This document shows, piece after piece, positions 25,720 to 35,178 of a stretch of 64,000 bases of DNA. The stretch's first letter is position 1. Each line of letters starts with the position of its first letter. A program made the translations under genes and the position numbers. Where the stretch lies: the NCBI GenBank assembly GCA_016195025.1, contig JACQAL010000057.1:46129-110128 (forward strand). The letters are read 5' to 3'. This DNA comes from Bacteroidota bacterium (GTDB lineage: Bacteria > Bacteroidota > Bacteroidia > Palsa-948). The notes under the pieces are model-generated. The model had not been told where the DNA came from. It ran no database searches and was given only the letters and a program-made list of their open reading frames with translations.

Positions 25720-28377
25720 TTATCTTGATATTATTAATCTTCTCTTCTCACTATTCTTATCATCATTAATTGTGAGAATGTAAATTCCTTCGTTGAAAGA
25801 AGAAACATCCATGCTGATAGTGTTTGCTCCTTCGGCTGCGGAATATTTTTTATCCATCACCATTCTGCCGAGCATATCCATCACTGATATTTTCATATCA
25901 ACGCCTGCTTCCACAGAGAATGTGAGGGATACATCGCTTGAAGCAGGGTTGGGATAAACAGCCAGGTTCGTGATAAAATATTCAGGCGCAGAAAAATCTT
26001 CCATCATTCGCGAGCCGCTTGATTTTGCTGCGGTGGAAGAGAAAACCATTTTTATATTCGGGCGGTTGTAAGATTGAGTTCCTGTTGTATTTCCGCAAAC
26101 GCCCGCGCTTCCCGCATCGGCTCTGTAATACAAAGTTCTGTAAGAAGAAGTGGCCGTGTATTGAACATACGAGTTGGAAGTGTAAGAACTGTTGCTCCAG
26201 CAAATTTCAACCAGCAGGTTATCCGTTCCGTTATACTGAAACGCGGTGGAGAAATTATAGGTGTTCCATGCGCTCGCAGTGACAACCGGATTTCCGGAAT
26301 AAACTGTGGTCATGTTGCTTGAACTCAAAAACGAAGAACTTCCGAATGAAGTTGCCGTAGTATGTCTCACTCTGATTGTAAATCCATTCATGATTTGTCC
26401 GCTTGAACTTGTTGCATAAAACGCAAGCGACTTAATATATGAATTGGAAGAAGTAAATCCTGCCGCTGCGAGTTCGCTTTGCGTTAAAATGTATTGCACT
26501 CTTTCATCCATATAATAGGTGCCGTATGGATTTGCGTAAACTGTTCCTGTTCCTGTTCCAACCTGAACGGTGTTTGAAGTGGAAGTGGAAGAACCCGAAG
26601 TGGTGAAGTAAGAAGAAGCGGAAAAACTTCCCGTCACCGAACAAACCGCCTGCACCTGGAATTCATATTGCGTGGAAGCAGAAAGCCCGCTCACGCTTTT
26701 TGAAGTGGAAGTGGAAGTTGTATTCGTCCATGTAGAAGATGAAGTGGGTTTATATTTTACATTGTAAGAACTTGCACCGCTCACGCTTCCCCAGTTCAAT
26801 GTTGCGCTGGAAGATGTGATGGAAGTTGCAGAAAGTGCCGAAGGCAGTCCGCAGGAAGAAGAACTTCCTGTAGTGATGTTGATGGAATAATCTTCCACCT
26901 CTCCGTAATTATAACTTCCGCAGGAAGAAGAAATCGGGCTGTCGCTCATCATCACTCTCATGCGAACCGTTCCGGTTATCGCAGCGGAAGGAATCGTGAA
27001 CGAACCGCTCACCGTGGAAGAACTTCCCGAAGAAGTATAAACATCCTCGCCTGCATCAGAAAAATCCATGTTGTTGTTGTAGTCAATATACACTTTGAAA
27101 TATTCGGTGTAAGATGAACTAACAAAACCCGGCTTCAGAGAAATTGTGTAAGCAGAACTTTTCGCAAGTGAAGTGGAAGTGCTTGTATAGTTTGCATAGC
27201 CACCGCTTGTGGCACCGGTTGTATTGTTAATCGTATTCAGCGTAACATTGTTTATATATTCATACGCAACCGAATTTCCATTTGCGGAACAATACGCAGG
27301 AGTTGAACTTCCTCCGCATCCGCCAGAAGAAAGAATGCTTACGCGTGCGCCTGAAGTTCCAAACAACGCGCGCATTCTTGATTTCTGCCCGAGTGAAAAC
27401 ATATTCATGCATCCGTCATCGGTATAATCCATATAGTTCATGAACATATCACCGTTCGAACCGTTCGAACAAGTTGTATGAGGAAATCCAGGGCATCCAT
27501 AGTTTGAAGTTTGCTGCGTGGGAGTATCGCTCACCAAATCATCTCCGCAATTTGCATCGCCCCAGATGTGGTGAAGGTTGAACCAGTGGCCGACTTCGTG
27601 GGTGGCGGTTCTTCCCAAATCATACGGAGCGCCCGCGCTTCCGCCTCTTCCGAAATACTGATAGTTAATCACAACTCCATCGGTTGCACTCGCTCCTCCT
27701 GGAAATTGCGCGTAGCCGAGCAAACCACCACCGAGATTACAAACCCAAAGATTCAGATAAGAAGAAGCGGGCCATGCATCATCTCCGCCCGAAGAAGAAT
27801 ATTTTACTTTATCATCATCAATAAAAGAAGTGCTCGAAGTGCTCTTCCTTATTATACCGGTGGTTGCGCCACCGCTGGGAGAAACGGTTGCAAGGCAAAA
27901 TTCGATTTCAGCATCGGCAGCAACGGAAGAAAACGCAGAGGGAGTATTTGATTTGTCCGCATTCAACCTTCTGTAGTCCTCATTCAAAACGGTAATTTGT
28001 GATTGAACTTGTGCATCGGTAATGTTTTGCGAAGAAGTATTATATACTATATGTACCACCACAGGAATTTTGTAAATCGTTCCGTTTGTAATGGGGTCAT
28101 TGCCTTTCATTATGGAAGAAGAAGAAATCAAATCGCGCGTTTGCTTTTCGATTTCGCTCATGCGCACTTCCAATTCAGGGTCAAGCGCTTTCAGCCGTTC
28201 AAGGTTTTCCATCGTGCCGCATTTGCGCACAACTTGTCCGTCAGACAGGCGGGCTTGCGAATGCGCGGAAAGGAAAGAGGCAAATAACGCTGTAACCAAA
28301 ATTGTTCTCATGGCGAATGAGTGTAATCTGTTTTTCATAGGGAGATGAATTAGAGATTGTTGTTTTTGATTTTTCAC
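25720..28377 (-). CDS. secreted M43 (pappalysin/ulilysin-like) zinc metalloprotease with FN3 and T9SS type A sorting domain
   Basis: Metzincin motif HEVGHWFNLHHIWGD, an FN3-like segment (LSATSITSSSATLNWGSVSGASSYNVKYK...YEFQVQAVC), and a C-terminal VYPNPASSDVSL...GIYILTI. Confidence 0.8.
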   Translation of the reverse strand: MKNQKQQSLIHLPMKNRLHSFAMRTILVTALFASFLSAHSQARLSDGQVVRKCGTMENLERLKALDPELEVRMSEIEKQTRDLISSSSIMKGNDPITNGTIYKIPVVVHIVYNTSSQNITDAQVQSQITVLNEDYRRLNADKSNTPSAFSSVAADAEIEFCLATVSPSGGATTGIIRKSTSSTSFIDDDKVKYSSSGGDDAWPASSYLNLWVCNLGGGLLGYAQFPGGASATDGVVINYQYFGRGGSAGAPYDLGRTATHEVGHWFNLHHIWGDANCGDDLVSDTPTQQTSNYGCPGFPHTTCSNGSNGDMFMNYMDYTDDGCMNMFSLGQKSRMRALFGTSGARVSILSSGGCGGSSTPAYCSANGNSVAYEYINNVTLNTINNTTGATSGGYANYTSTSTSLAKSSAYTISLKPGFVSSSYTEYFKVYIDYNNNMDFSDAGEDVYTSSGSSSTVSGSFTIPSAAITGTVRMRVMMSDSPISSSCGSYNYGEVEDYSINITTGSSSSCGLPSALSATSITSSSATLNWGSVSGASSYNVKYKPTSSSTWTNTTSTSTSKSVSGLSASTQYEFQVQAVCSVTGSFSASSYFTTSGSSTSTSNTVQVGTGTGTVYANPYGTYYMDERVQYILTQSELAAAGFTSSNSYIKSLAFYATSSSGQIMNGFTIRVRHTTATSFGSSSFLSSSNMTTVYSGNPVVTASAWNTYNFSTAFQYNGTDNLLVEICWSNSSYTSNSYVQYTATSSYRTLYYRADAGSAGVCGNTTGTQSYNRPNIKMVFSSTAAKSSGSRMMEDFSAPEYFITNLAVYPNPASSDVSLTFSVEAGVDMKISVMDMLGRMVMDKKYSAAEGANTISMDVSSFNEGIYILTINDDKNSEKRRLIISR

Positions 28378-28577
28378 GGAATTAAATTTCGCTGAGCGAA
28401 TGTATACCCTGTGTTATGTTTTGTCAAGCAACTTCTTAATTATTTTTTAACTTTGATAAAATTCAATAGTAAATTCCGTAAAATATAATATTACAGAATA
28501 ATATTCTGATTTCATAAAATTACTTCTCCTTATCACTTATTCTGAAAACTTTAACTTGACATATATTTTATTTGGTG

Positions 28578-28585
28578 TATGTTTG
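28578..28585 (+). promoter_or_regulatory. -7 box TAtgTTTG upstream of the lrp-like gene
   Basis: Exact TAnnTTTG match, 21 nt upstream of the ATG at 28606. Confidence 0.4.
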
Positions 28586-28605
28586 CAGCATAAAACCATT
28601 TGCCT

Positions 28606-29076
28606 ATGATTAAACTCGATTCAATTGATTTGAAAATTCTTAAGACCTTGCAGGAAGACGGCAGGATTGCCAATATTGATTTGTCGAATAAGATTAACCT
28701 CTCCCCCGCTCCAACATTAGAAAGAGTAAAAAAACTGGAGCGGGCTGGTATAATAAAAGGGTACCGCGCAGAACTGGATACCTATCAATTAGGTTTCGGA
28801 ACGGAAACTTTCATGCTTGTTTCACTTGCCTTCAATCAGCAGAATGCAATTGATAATTTTACACAAGGTATCGGAAAGATCAGCGAGGTGGTGGAGTGTT
28901 ACCAGGTAACAGGCGCATCGGATTTTATTTTGAGAATCCTTGTCAAAGACATTAATGCCTATGAAGTATTAGTGCGGGAAAAACTTTCGCTAATCAAAGA
29001 AATCACAAACATGCAAACAATGGTGATTATGTCCATCATAAAAAAGACGCGGGTTTTTATTGACGATAAAAAATAG
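28606..29076 (+). CDS. Lrp/AsnC family transcriptional regulator
   Basis: LDSIDLKILKTLQEDGRIANIDLSNKINLSPAPTLERVKKLERAGIIKGY followed by a RAM-like C-terminal domain. Confidence 0.85.
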   Translation: MIKLDSIDLKILKTLQEDGRIANIDLSNKINLSPAPTLERVKKLERAGIIKGYRAELDTYQLGFGTETFMLVSLAFNQQNAIDNFTQGIGKISEVVECYQVTGASDFILRILVKDINAYEVLVREKLSLIKEITNMQTMVIMSIIKKTRVFIDDKK

Positions 29077-29097
29077 AATAAATATTTCTCTCAGCCA

Positions 29098-29604
29098 TTA
29101 AGAATTGGCTTTCTCATATATGCAAAATGAAAATGAAAATTTATTCTTTTCATCTGCGTTCACATCTTTTTTAGAAACAAGTTTCCATTTTGTTTCATCC
29201 AGCCCGGGGAAATAAACATCTCCTTCGAATGAATTATAGATTCTTGTGTAGTAAATTTTATCGGCAATATCTAATGCTTGATTGAAAATTTCCGCGCCAC
29301 CGATAATAAATACTTCAGATTCATTTTTCTTTCGTGCTTCATTTAATCCTTCCTCGATTGAATTTACCACAATGCAACCTTCCGCTTTAAAATCTTTCTG
29401 ACGAGTTACAATAATATTTGTTCTTCCTTCGAGCGGACGGTACTTCAACGGAATGGAGTCATAATTTTTTCTTCCCATGATAACGCAATGCCCCATCGTA
29501 ACATCGCGGAAATATTTCATGTCAGTCGGTAAATGCCATGGCAATGCATTATTTTTTCCGATGACTCCATTCTCTGCAACAGCAACTATCAAAGAAATAA
29601 TCAT
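29098..29604 (-). CDS. folA: dihydrofolate reductase
   Basis: ISLIVAVAENGVIGKNNALPWHLPTDMKYFRDVTMGHCVIMGRKNYDSIP. Confidence 0.9.
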   Translation of the reverse strand: MIISLIVAVAENGVIGKNNALPWHLPTDMKYFRDVTMGHCVIMGRKNYDSIPLKYRPLEGRTNIIVTRQKDFKAEGCIVVNSIEEGLNEARKKNESEVFIIGGAEIFNQALDIADKIYYTRIYNSFEGDVYFPGLDETKWKLVSKKDVNADEKNKFSFSFCIYEKANS

Positions 29605-29648
29605 TGGTTAGCTTTCGTATTTTTCGTACCGTTTCGCTTTTCGAAGAT

Positions 29649-31247
29649 TTATGCGTAAGCAATGTTGGAAGTAAAAGTGTCTTCACTCGAGTGCATCATA
29701 TCAAGTTCCCATCCTTGTGGGAAAGGAGCTTCCAACAGAGCACCGCGAAGCATGTTCGGATACATTTCCGCGTATGTTTGAATCTGGCTCGCGCTGATCC
29801 TCCTATATATAAAGGAACGGTGCAAATGTTTGGGGTGGTCAATTCCTGAAGCCGACATCAACTCCACAGCGCTCTTCACCGTTTCGTTATGAAAATTTTT
29901 CACGCGAACTTTTTTATCGTTCACATCCAACCCTTTCATCAGGTTCGGGTCTTGTGTCGCAACGCCTGTCGGACAAGTATTGTGGTTGCATTCCAGCGCC
30001 TGAATGCATCCGAGCGCAAGCATCATCGCGCGCGCGCAGTTGCACATATCCGCACCGAGCGAAAGATTTTTTACAATATCAAAACCCGATGAAACTTTTC
30101 CCGAGGCAATGATTCGAATGTGACGCTTCAACGCAAAACCATTCAGCGCATCGTGCACAAAGGCAAGCGCATCGCGCAGCGGCATTCCCACATAATTGGA
30201 AAACTCAAGCGGAGCAGCGCCTGTTCCTCCTTCGCCTCCATCCACCGTAATGAAATCAGGAAAAATATTTGTCTTCACCATCGCTTTGCAAATAGCGATG
30301 AACTGAGATTTTCTTCCAACGCAAAGTTTGAAGCCGATGGGTTTTCCTCCTGAAAGTTCGCGAAGTTGTTTTATAAAGTGCATCATCTCGATCGGAGTTT
30401 TGAAAGCAGTATGAAATGGCGGAGAAATTACATCCTTGCCCATTTCAACGTGACGGATCTCTGCAATCTCTTTTGTAACTTTTGCTGCCGGAAGAATTCC
30501 TCCGTGTCCGGGCTTTGCTCCCTGAGAAAGTTTTATCTCAATCATTTTTACGCTAGGATTCGCAGCGCGCTCGGCAAATTTTTCAGGATTAAATCCTCCA
30601 TCTCTGTTCCTGCAACCGAAATATCCGGTGCCGATTTGCCAGATGATATCTCCGCCCGGCTGCAAATGATACGGACTCAATCCTCCTTCGCCCGTGTTGT
30701 GAGCGAAGTTTCCAAGTTTTGCTCCGCCATTCAAAGCCATGATCGCGTTTTTACTCAGCGAACCAAAACTCATAGCGGAAACATTCAGGATGCTTGCTGA
30801 GTACGGCTGCTTGCAATCCGGTCCGCCAACAATTACACGAGGATCCATATCTGCTTTGTGTCCGTCAAGCGGAATGATGGAATGATTCAGCCATTCGTAA
30901 CCGACTTCATACACATTCAACTGCGTTCCAAACGGAGTGGTGTCATTAACTTTTTTCGCGCGCTGATAAATTACATTTCTGCTCAGGCGATTGAAAGGAG
31001 TTCCATCCGTGTCCGATTCAATAAAGTACTGATAAATTTTCGGGCGCATCCACTCCGCCCACCAGCGCATTCTTCCTATGACAGGGTAATTTCTTTTCAG
31101 CGTATGGGAAGTTTGCGTGATATCCATTATTCCAACCACAATAAAGGGAACAGTGAAAATTAATGACCACACAAACGGATGCCAGAAATAAGTTGCAACC
31201 GCTGATACAATTAATATTCCGATTGCCCAGTTTATAAATGTTTTCAT
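29649..31247 (-). CDS. FMN-binding glutamate synthase family protein (GltB domain 2-like) with N-terminal TM anchor
   Basis: 532 aa with KLSQGAKPGHGGILP, VDGGEGGTGAAP and ASGKV motifs. Confidence 0.85.
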   Translation of the reverse strand: MKTFINWAIGILIVSAVATYFWHPFVWSLIFTVPFIVVGIMDITQTSHTLKRNYPVIGRMRWWAEWMRPKIYQYFIESDTDGTPFNRLSRNVIYQRAKKVNDTTPFGTQLNVYEVGYEWLNHSIIPLDGHKADMDPRVIVGGPDCKQPYSASILNVSAMSFGSLSKNAIMALNGGAKLGNFAHNTGEGGLSPYHLQPGGDIIWQIGTGYFGCRNRDGGFNPEKFAERAANPSVKMIEIKLSQGAKPGHGGILPAAKVTKEIAEIRHVEMGKDVISPPFHTAFKTPIEMMHFIKQLRELSGGKPIGFKLCVGRKSQFIAICKAMVKTNIFPDFITVDGGEGGTGAAPLEFSNYVGMPLRDALAFVHDALNGFALKRHIRIIASGKVSSGFDIVKNLSLGADMCNCARAMMLALGCIQALECNHNTCPTGVATQDPNLMKGLDVNDKKVRVKNFHNETVKSAVELMSASGIDHPKHLHRSFIYRRISASQIQTYAEMYPNMLRGALLEAPFPQGWELDMMHSSEDTFTSNIAYA

Positions 31248-31287
31248 AGAAATATAATTTGTGAAGCGAAGTTAATCGGAAAGTTAA

Positions 31288-31391
31288 AATGCCAATATAC
31301 TAATTGATACTAATGATACAAATAACGAATAATACAAATGGCTGTTATTTGTATTATTCGTTTCATTGGTATTCATTCGTATATTGGCATT
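31288..31391. repeat. MITE-like palindromic element, copy C (104 bp)
   Basis: Near-identical to 14681-14784. Termini are aatgccaatatac / gtatattggcatt. Its right end overlaps the thyA stop codon by 2 nt. Confidence 0.85.
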
Positions 31392-32184
31392 AGACTGCTA
31401 CTGCCCCTTTGATGTGCGGATGCGGATTATAATTCTCAATCGTAAAATCCCAGTACTTGAATCCGAAAATATCTTTCACGGCAGGATTTATTTTCATCTG
31501 AGGAAGCGGACGAAAATCCCGCGAGAGCTGAAGATTCACTTGCTCCATGTGGTTGGAATAAATATGCGCATCGCCAAAAGTGTGAATGAATTCCCCTAGT
31601 TTCAAATCGCAAACCTGAGCGACCATCATAGTAAGCAAAGCGTACGAAGCAATGTTAAAAGGAACGCCCAGAAAAATATCCGCGCTGCGCTGATAGAGCT
31701 GGCAACTTAACTTTCCGTCTAAAACATAAAACTGAAAAAACGTATGACAAGGCGGGAGTTTCATTTTATCAATGTCCGCCACATTCCACGCGCTCACGAT
31801 TAACCTGCGCGAATCCGGATTCTTTTTTATCTGCTCGATAACATTTTTTATCTGGTCAATATGTTTTCCATCAGGCGTTGGCCAGTTTCTCCATTGAGAA
31901 CCATACACAGGCCCTAGGTTTCCGTTCGCATCCGCCCATTCATCCCAAATGCCTACACCGTTATCTTTCAAATATTTTATGTTCGTGTCGCCTTTCAGAA
32001 ACCAAAGCAGCTCGTGAATGATAGATTTTGTGTGAACCTTTTTTGTGGTGAGCAGAGGAAATCCTTCGTTCAAATCAAACCTCATCTGGTAACCGAAAAT
32101 GCTGATGGTGCCCGTGCCAGTGCGGTCAGATTTTTTTGTGCCGTGAGCGAGCACGTAGTGCATTAAGCCATGATACTGTTTCAT
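31390..32184 (-). CDS. thyA: thymidylate synthase
   Basis: [33 protein letters not shown] active-site cysteine, 264 aa. Confidence 0.95.
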   Translation of the reverse strand: MKQYHGLMHYVLAHGTKKSDRTGTGTISIFGYQMRFDLNEGFPLLTTKKVHTKSIIHELLWFLKGDTNIKYLKDNGVGIWDEWADANGNLGPVYGSQWRNWPTPDGKHIDQIKNVIEQIKKNPDSRRLIVSAWNVADIDKMKLPPCHTFFQFYVLDGKLSCQLYQRSADIFLGVPFNIASYALLTMMVAQVCDLKLGEFIHTFGDAHIYSNHMEQVNLQLSRDFRPLPQMKINPAVKDIFGFKYWDFTIENYNPHPHIKGAVAV

Positions 32185-32300
32185 TGTTAATCTTTCGTAG
32201 GCGAAATTAAATAAATTTGCTCAAAATGTTTTTGCTCCTTGTCCTACTTATGAAATTATTTTAACATCGCATCATAAACAAAATATCTAATCTATCTCAA

Positions 32301-35081
32301 ATGAAAATCCTCAAAAAAATCCTCAAGTGGCTCGGCATTGTTTTGCTGTTGCTCATCATCTTTATTATTGTTGCGCCTTTTATTTTCAAGGATAAAATTA
32401 TTGCCATAGCAAAAGAAGAAGCAAACAAGCAACTCAATGCCAAAGTTGATTTCGGAAATTTCGATTTAACACTTTTCAAAAGTTTTCCTTATTTCTCATT
32501 GAGCATAGAGAATGTCAGCGTTGCCAATATTGGAGAGTTTGCCGGAGACACGCTTATGTCAGTAAAAAATCTTTCCGCTACTGTGGATTTAATGAGCGTG
32601 ATTAAAGGCGAGCAGTATAAAATCCGCGGAGTTCTTCTCGACAATCCCCGCATTCACGCCATCGTTCTCTCCAACGGAAAAGCAAACTGGGATATTACAA
32701 AACCATCTGCACCTTCAACGCCTACTGCACCAAGTGAGCCGACTAAATTCAAAATGAGTTTGAAGAAACTTGAAATTAAAAACGCACACATTGTTTACGA
32801 TGATGCTTCAATGGGAATGTATTCTGCTCTGGAAAATTTTAATTACACCATGAGCGGAGATTTCACGCAGGATAATTTCACCATGGAAAACAACCTGAGC
32901 ATTGACCAAAGCACTGTGAAATACGCGGGCATTCCTTACCTGAACAAAGTGAAAATATTTATGATAGCGGATGTGAACGCTGACATGCCAAATTTCAAAT
33001 TTACATTCAATCAGGATAAAATTTCTCTGAACGAACTCACGCTCGGCATAGATGGTTTCTTCGCCATGCCTGGAAAAGATATGAATATGGATCTTAAATT
33101 CAAAGCATATCAAACTGAATTCAAAAATATTCTCTCACTCGTTCCCGCTGTGTACACAAAAGATTTTTCTACTGTGAAAACTTCCGGTAAATTTTCTCTC
33201 GATGCTTTTGCGAAAGGAATCTATGGAGAAAAGAAAATGCCTGCCTTCGGTGCTCAACTAAAAATTGATGACGCCATGTTCCAGTATCCTTCGCTGCCGA
33301 AAGCGGTGAAAGATATTGCGATTGATGTTGCGGTGAATAATTCTGACGGAGTTCCCGATCACACTGTCACTGACATAAAAAAATTTCACATGGAGATGGC
33401 GGATAATCCGGTTGATATTGTAATGCATATTGAAACTCCCGTGAGCGACCCGAATATTGCAGGAACAATTATGGGGAAAATAAATCTTGCAACGGTGAAA
33501 GATGTTGTGCCGATGGAAGGAAGTGATTTAAATGGAAACGTAACTGCCGATGTGAAACTCAAAGGAAAAATGTCGAGCATTCAAAAACAAAAGTATGACG
33601 AGTTCCAGATGGAAGGGCAAATCATTATGATGGATATGCATTACAAGAGCAAAGATTTCCCGCAGGGAATGAATATCAAAAGCATGACGCTGAATTTTTC
33701 TCCGCAATTTGTTGAACTGCGCGGCTTCGACAGCAAGATTGGCAAGAGCGACATACAAGCGAACGGAATGGTGGAAAATATTTTGCAGTATGTTTTACAG
33801 GATTCGCTTCTGCAGGGAACTTTCTCTATGAAGTCATCGCTGCTCGATTTGAATGAATTCATGCAGCCCTCCTCTGCTCCAACTGCGAGCGCAACACCGG
33901 ACACTTCTCATCTCAGCGTGATTGAAGTTCCGAAGAACATTGACTTCATTCTGAAATCTTCGTTCGGAAAAATTATCTATGATAAAATTGAAATCACCAA
34001 TGCGGAAGGAAGCATTCTCGTGAATAAAGGCGAAGTGAAAATGAATAATCTCAAGATGAACTTAATGAAAGGAAGCATGGTGATGAATGGAATTTACGGT
34101 ACACAAAATCCCAAATTGCCGAAGGTGAATTTCGATTTGAACATTTCCGATTTTGATATTCCCATGACGTTTCACTATTTCAACACGGTGCAGAAACTTG
34201 CGCCCGTTGCGAAATACACTACAGGAAAATTTTCCACGCAGTTAAAATATACTTCCAACCTTGACGCGCACATGATGCCCGACATGAAAACCATGAACGG
34301 TGACGGCAAACTGCAGACAAAAAATATTGTCGTGGCAGGATTTGAGCCGCTGAACAAATTAGCGGCAGCATTAGGAGGAATGGATAAATTCAAAAAAGCA
34401 GAGTTCTCTAATCTTGATATTACGTATCATATTAAAGACGGAAAACTTTCTACCGATGAATTTCCGTTCAAGAGCGGAAGCGTTGCAGGAAATATTTTCG
34501 GTTCCACCGCGCTTGACCAGACCATTGATTACACTATGAAAATGGAAATTCCTACTGCGGATATGCCTGCGGGAGCGAAAGCGTTTGTTACAAAAGAACT
34601 TTCATCGCTGAGCGCTCTTGGAGCAAATGCAAAACTTCCGGAGAAAGTAAAAATGAATGCGCTCTTCGGAGGGACTGCCACAAACCCCACGGTGAAAACA
34701 AGCATGAAAGATATGGGAGGCAATGCGAAAGAACAAGTGAAAGAAGTTGTTCAGCAGAAAGTGGAGCAGGTGAAACAGGACGTGAGCAAGAACATTGAAG
34801 CGCAGAAGAAAAAAATTCTTGACGATGCAAACGCGCAGGCGCAGAAAATCCGCGATGATGCAAAAAAATCTGCCGATGACGTGCGCACAAACGGAAATGC
34901 TCAGGCAGCCCAACTCGATAACAAAGGCGCGAATTTCATAGAGAAAGCCGCCAACAAAAAACTTGCTGAGAAAACAAGAAAAGAAACCGAAGACAAAGCA
35001 AAAAACATCGAAGCCGAAGGAAATAAAAAAGCAGATGACCTTGTGAAGAATGCGCTGGAACAAGCGGATAAGATTAAGTAA
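32301..35081 (+). CDS. AsmA-family outer-membrane biogenesis protein
   Basis: 926 aa with an N-terminal TM anchor, a long beta-rich body, AsmA-like C-terminal region and a Lys/Ala/Asp coiled tail. Confidence 0.7.
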   Translation: MKILKKILKWLGIVLLLLIIFIIVAPFIFKDKIIAIAKEEANKQLNAKVDFGNFDLTLFKSFPYFSLSIENVSVANIGEFAGDTLMSVKNLSATVDLMSVIKGEQYKIRGVLLDNPRIHAIVLSNGKANWDITKPSAPSTPTAPSEPTKFKMSLKKLEIKNAHIVYDDASMGMYSALENFNYTMSGDFTQDNFTMENNLSIDQSTVKYAGIPYLNKVKIFMIADVNADMPNFKFTFNQDKISLNELTLGIDGFFAMPGKDMNMDLKFKAYQTEFKNILSLVPAVYTKDFSTVKTSGKFSLDAFAKGIYGEKKMPAFGAQLKIDDAMFQYPSLPKAVKDIAIDVAVNNSDGVPDHTVTDIKKFHMEMADNPVDIVMHIETPVSDPNIAGTIMGKINLATVKDVVPMEGSDLNGNVTADVKLKGKMSSIQKQKYDEFQMEGQIIMMDMHYKSKDFPQGMNIKSMTLNFSPQFVELRGFDSKIGKSDIQANGMVENILQYVLQDSLLQGTFSMKSSLLDLNEFMQPSSAPTASATPDTSHLSVIEVPKNIDFILKSSFGKIIYDKIEITNAEGSILVNKGEVKMNNLKMNLMKGSMVMNGIYGTQNPKLPKVNFDLNISDFDIPMTFHYFNTVQKLAPVAKYTTGKFSTQLKYTSNLDAHMMPDMKTMNGDGKLQTKNIVVAGFEPLNKLAAALGGMDKFKKAEFSNLDITYHIKDGKLSTDEFPFKSGSVAGNIFGSTALDQTIDYTMKMEIPTADMPAGAKAFVTKELSSLSALGANAKLPEKVKMNALFGGTATNPTVKTSMKDMGGNAKEQVKEVVQQKVEQVKQDVSKNIEAQKKKILDDANAQAQKIRDDAKKSADDVRTNGNAQAAQLDNKGANFIEKAANKKLAEKTRKETEDKAKNIEAEGNKKADDLVKNALEQADKIK

Positions 35082-35178
35082 GAAGTTAGATTTTAGAAGT
35101 CAGAAGTTATGAATGCGAAAAAAAATAACATCCGATGGATTTTACTTCTCACTTTTCACTTCTTACTTCTTACTTCTT
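35080..35178. repeat. word hairpin (agaagt / acttct) enclosing the start codon of the OmpA-family gene
   Basis: The left arm aagaagttagattttagaagtcagaagt (35080-35108) is complementary to acttctcacttttcacttcttacttcttacttctt (35141-35178). The ATG lies at 35109. Confidence 0.6.

Noticed and set aside
29098-32184. thyA/folA as a mobile trimethoprim-resistance cassette.
   Set aside because: Both look like ordinary chromosomal housekeeping genes in a conserved neighbourhood. The only repeat nearby is the 104-bp MITE-like element, and there are no integron or transposon features.
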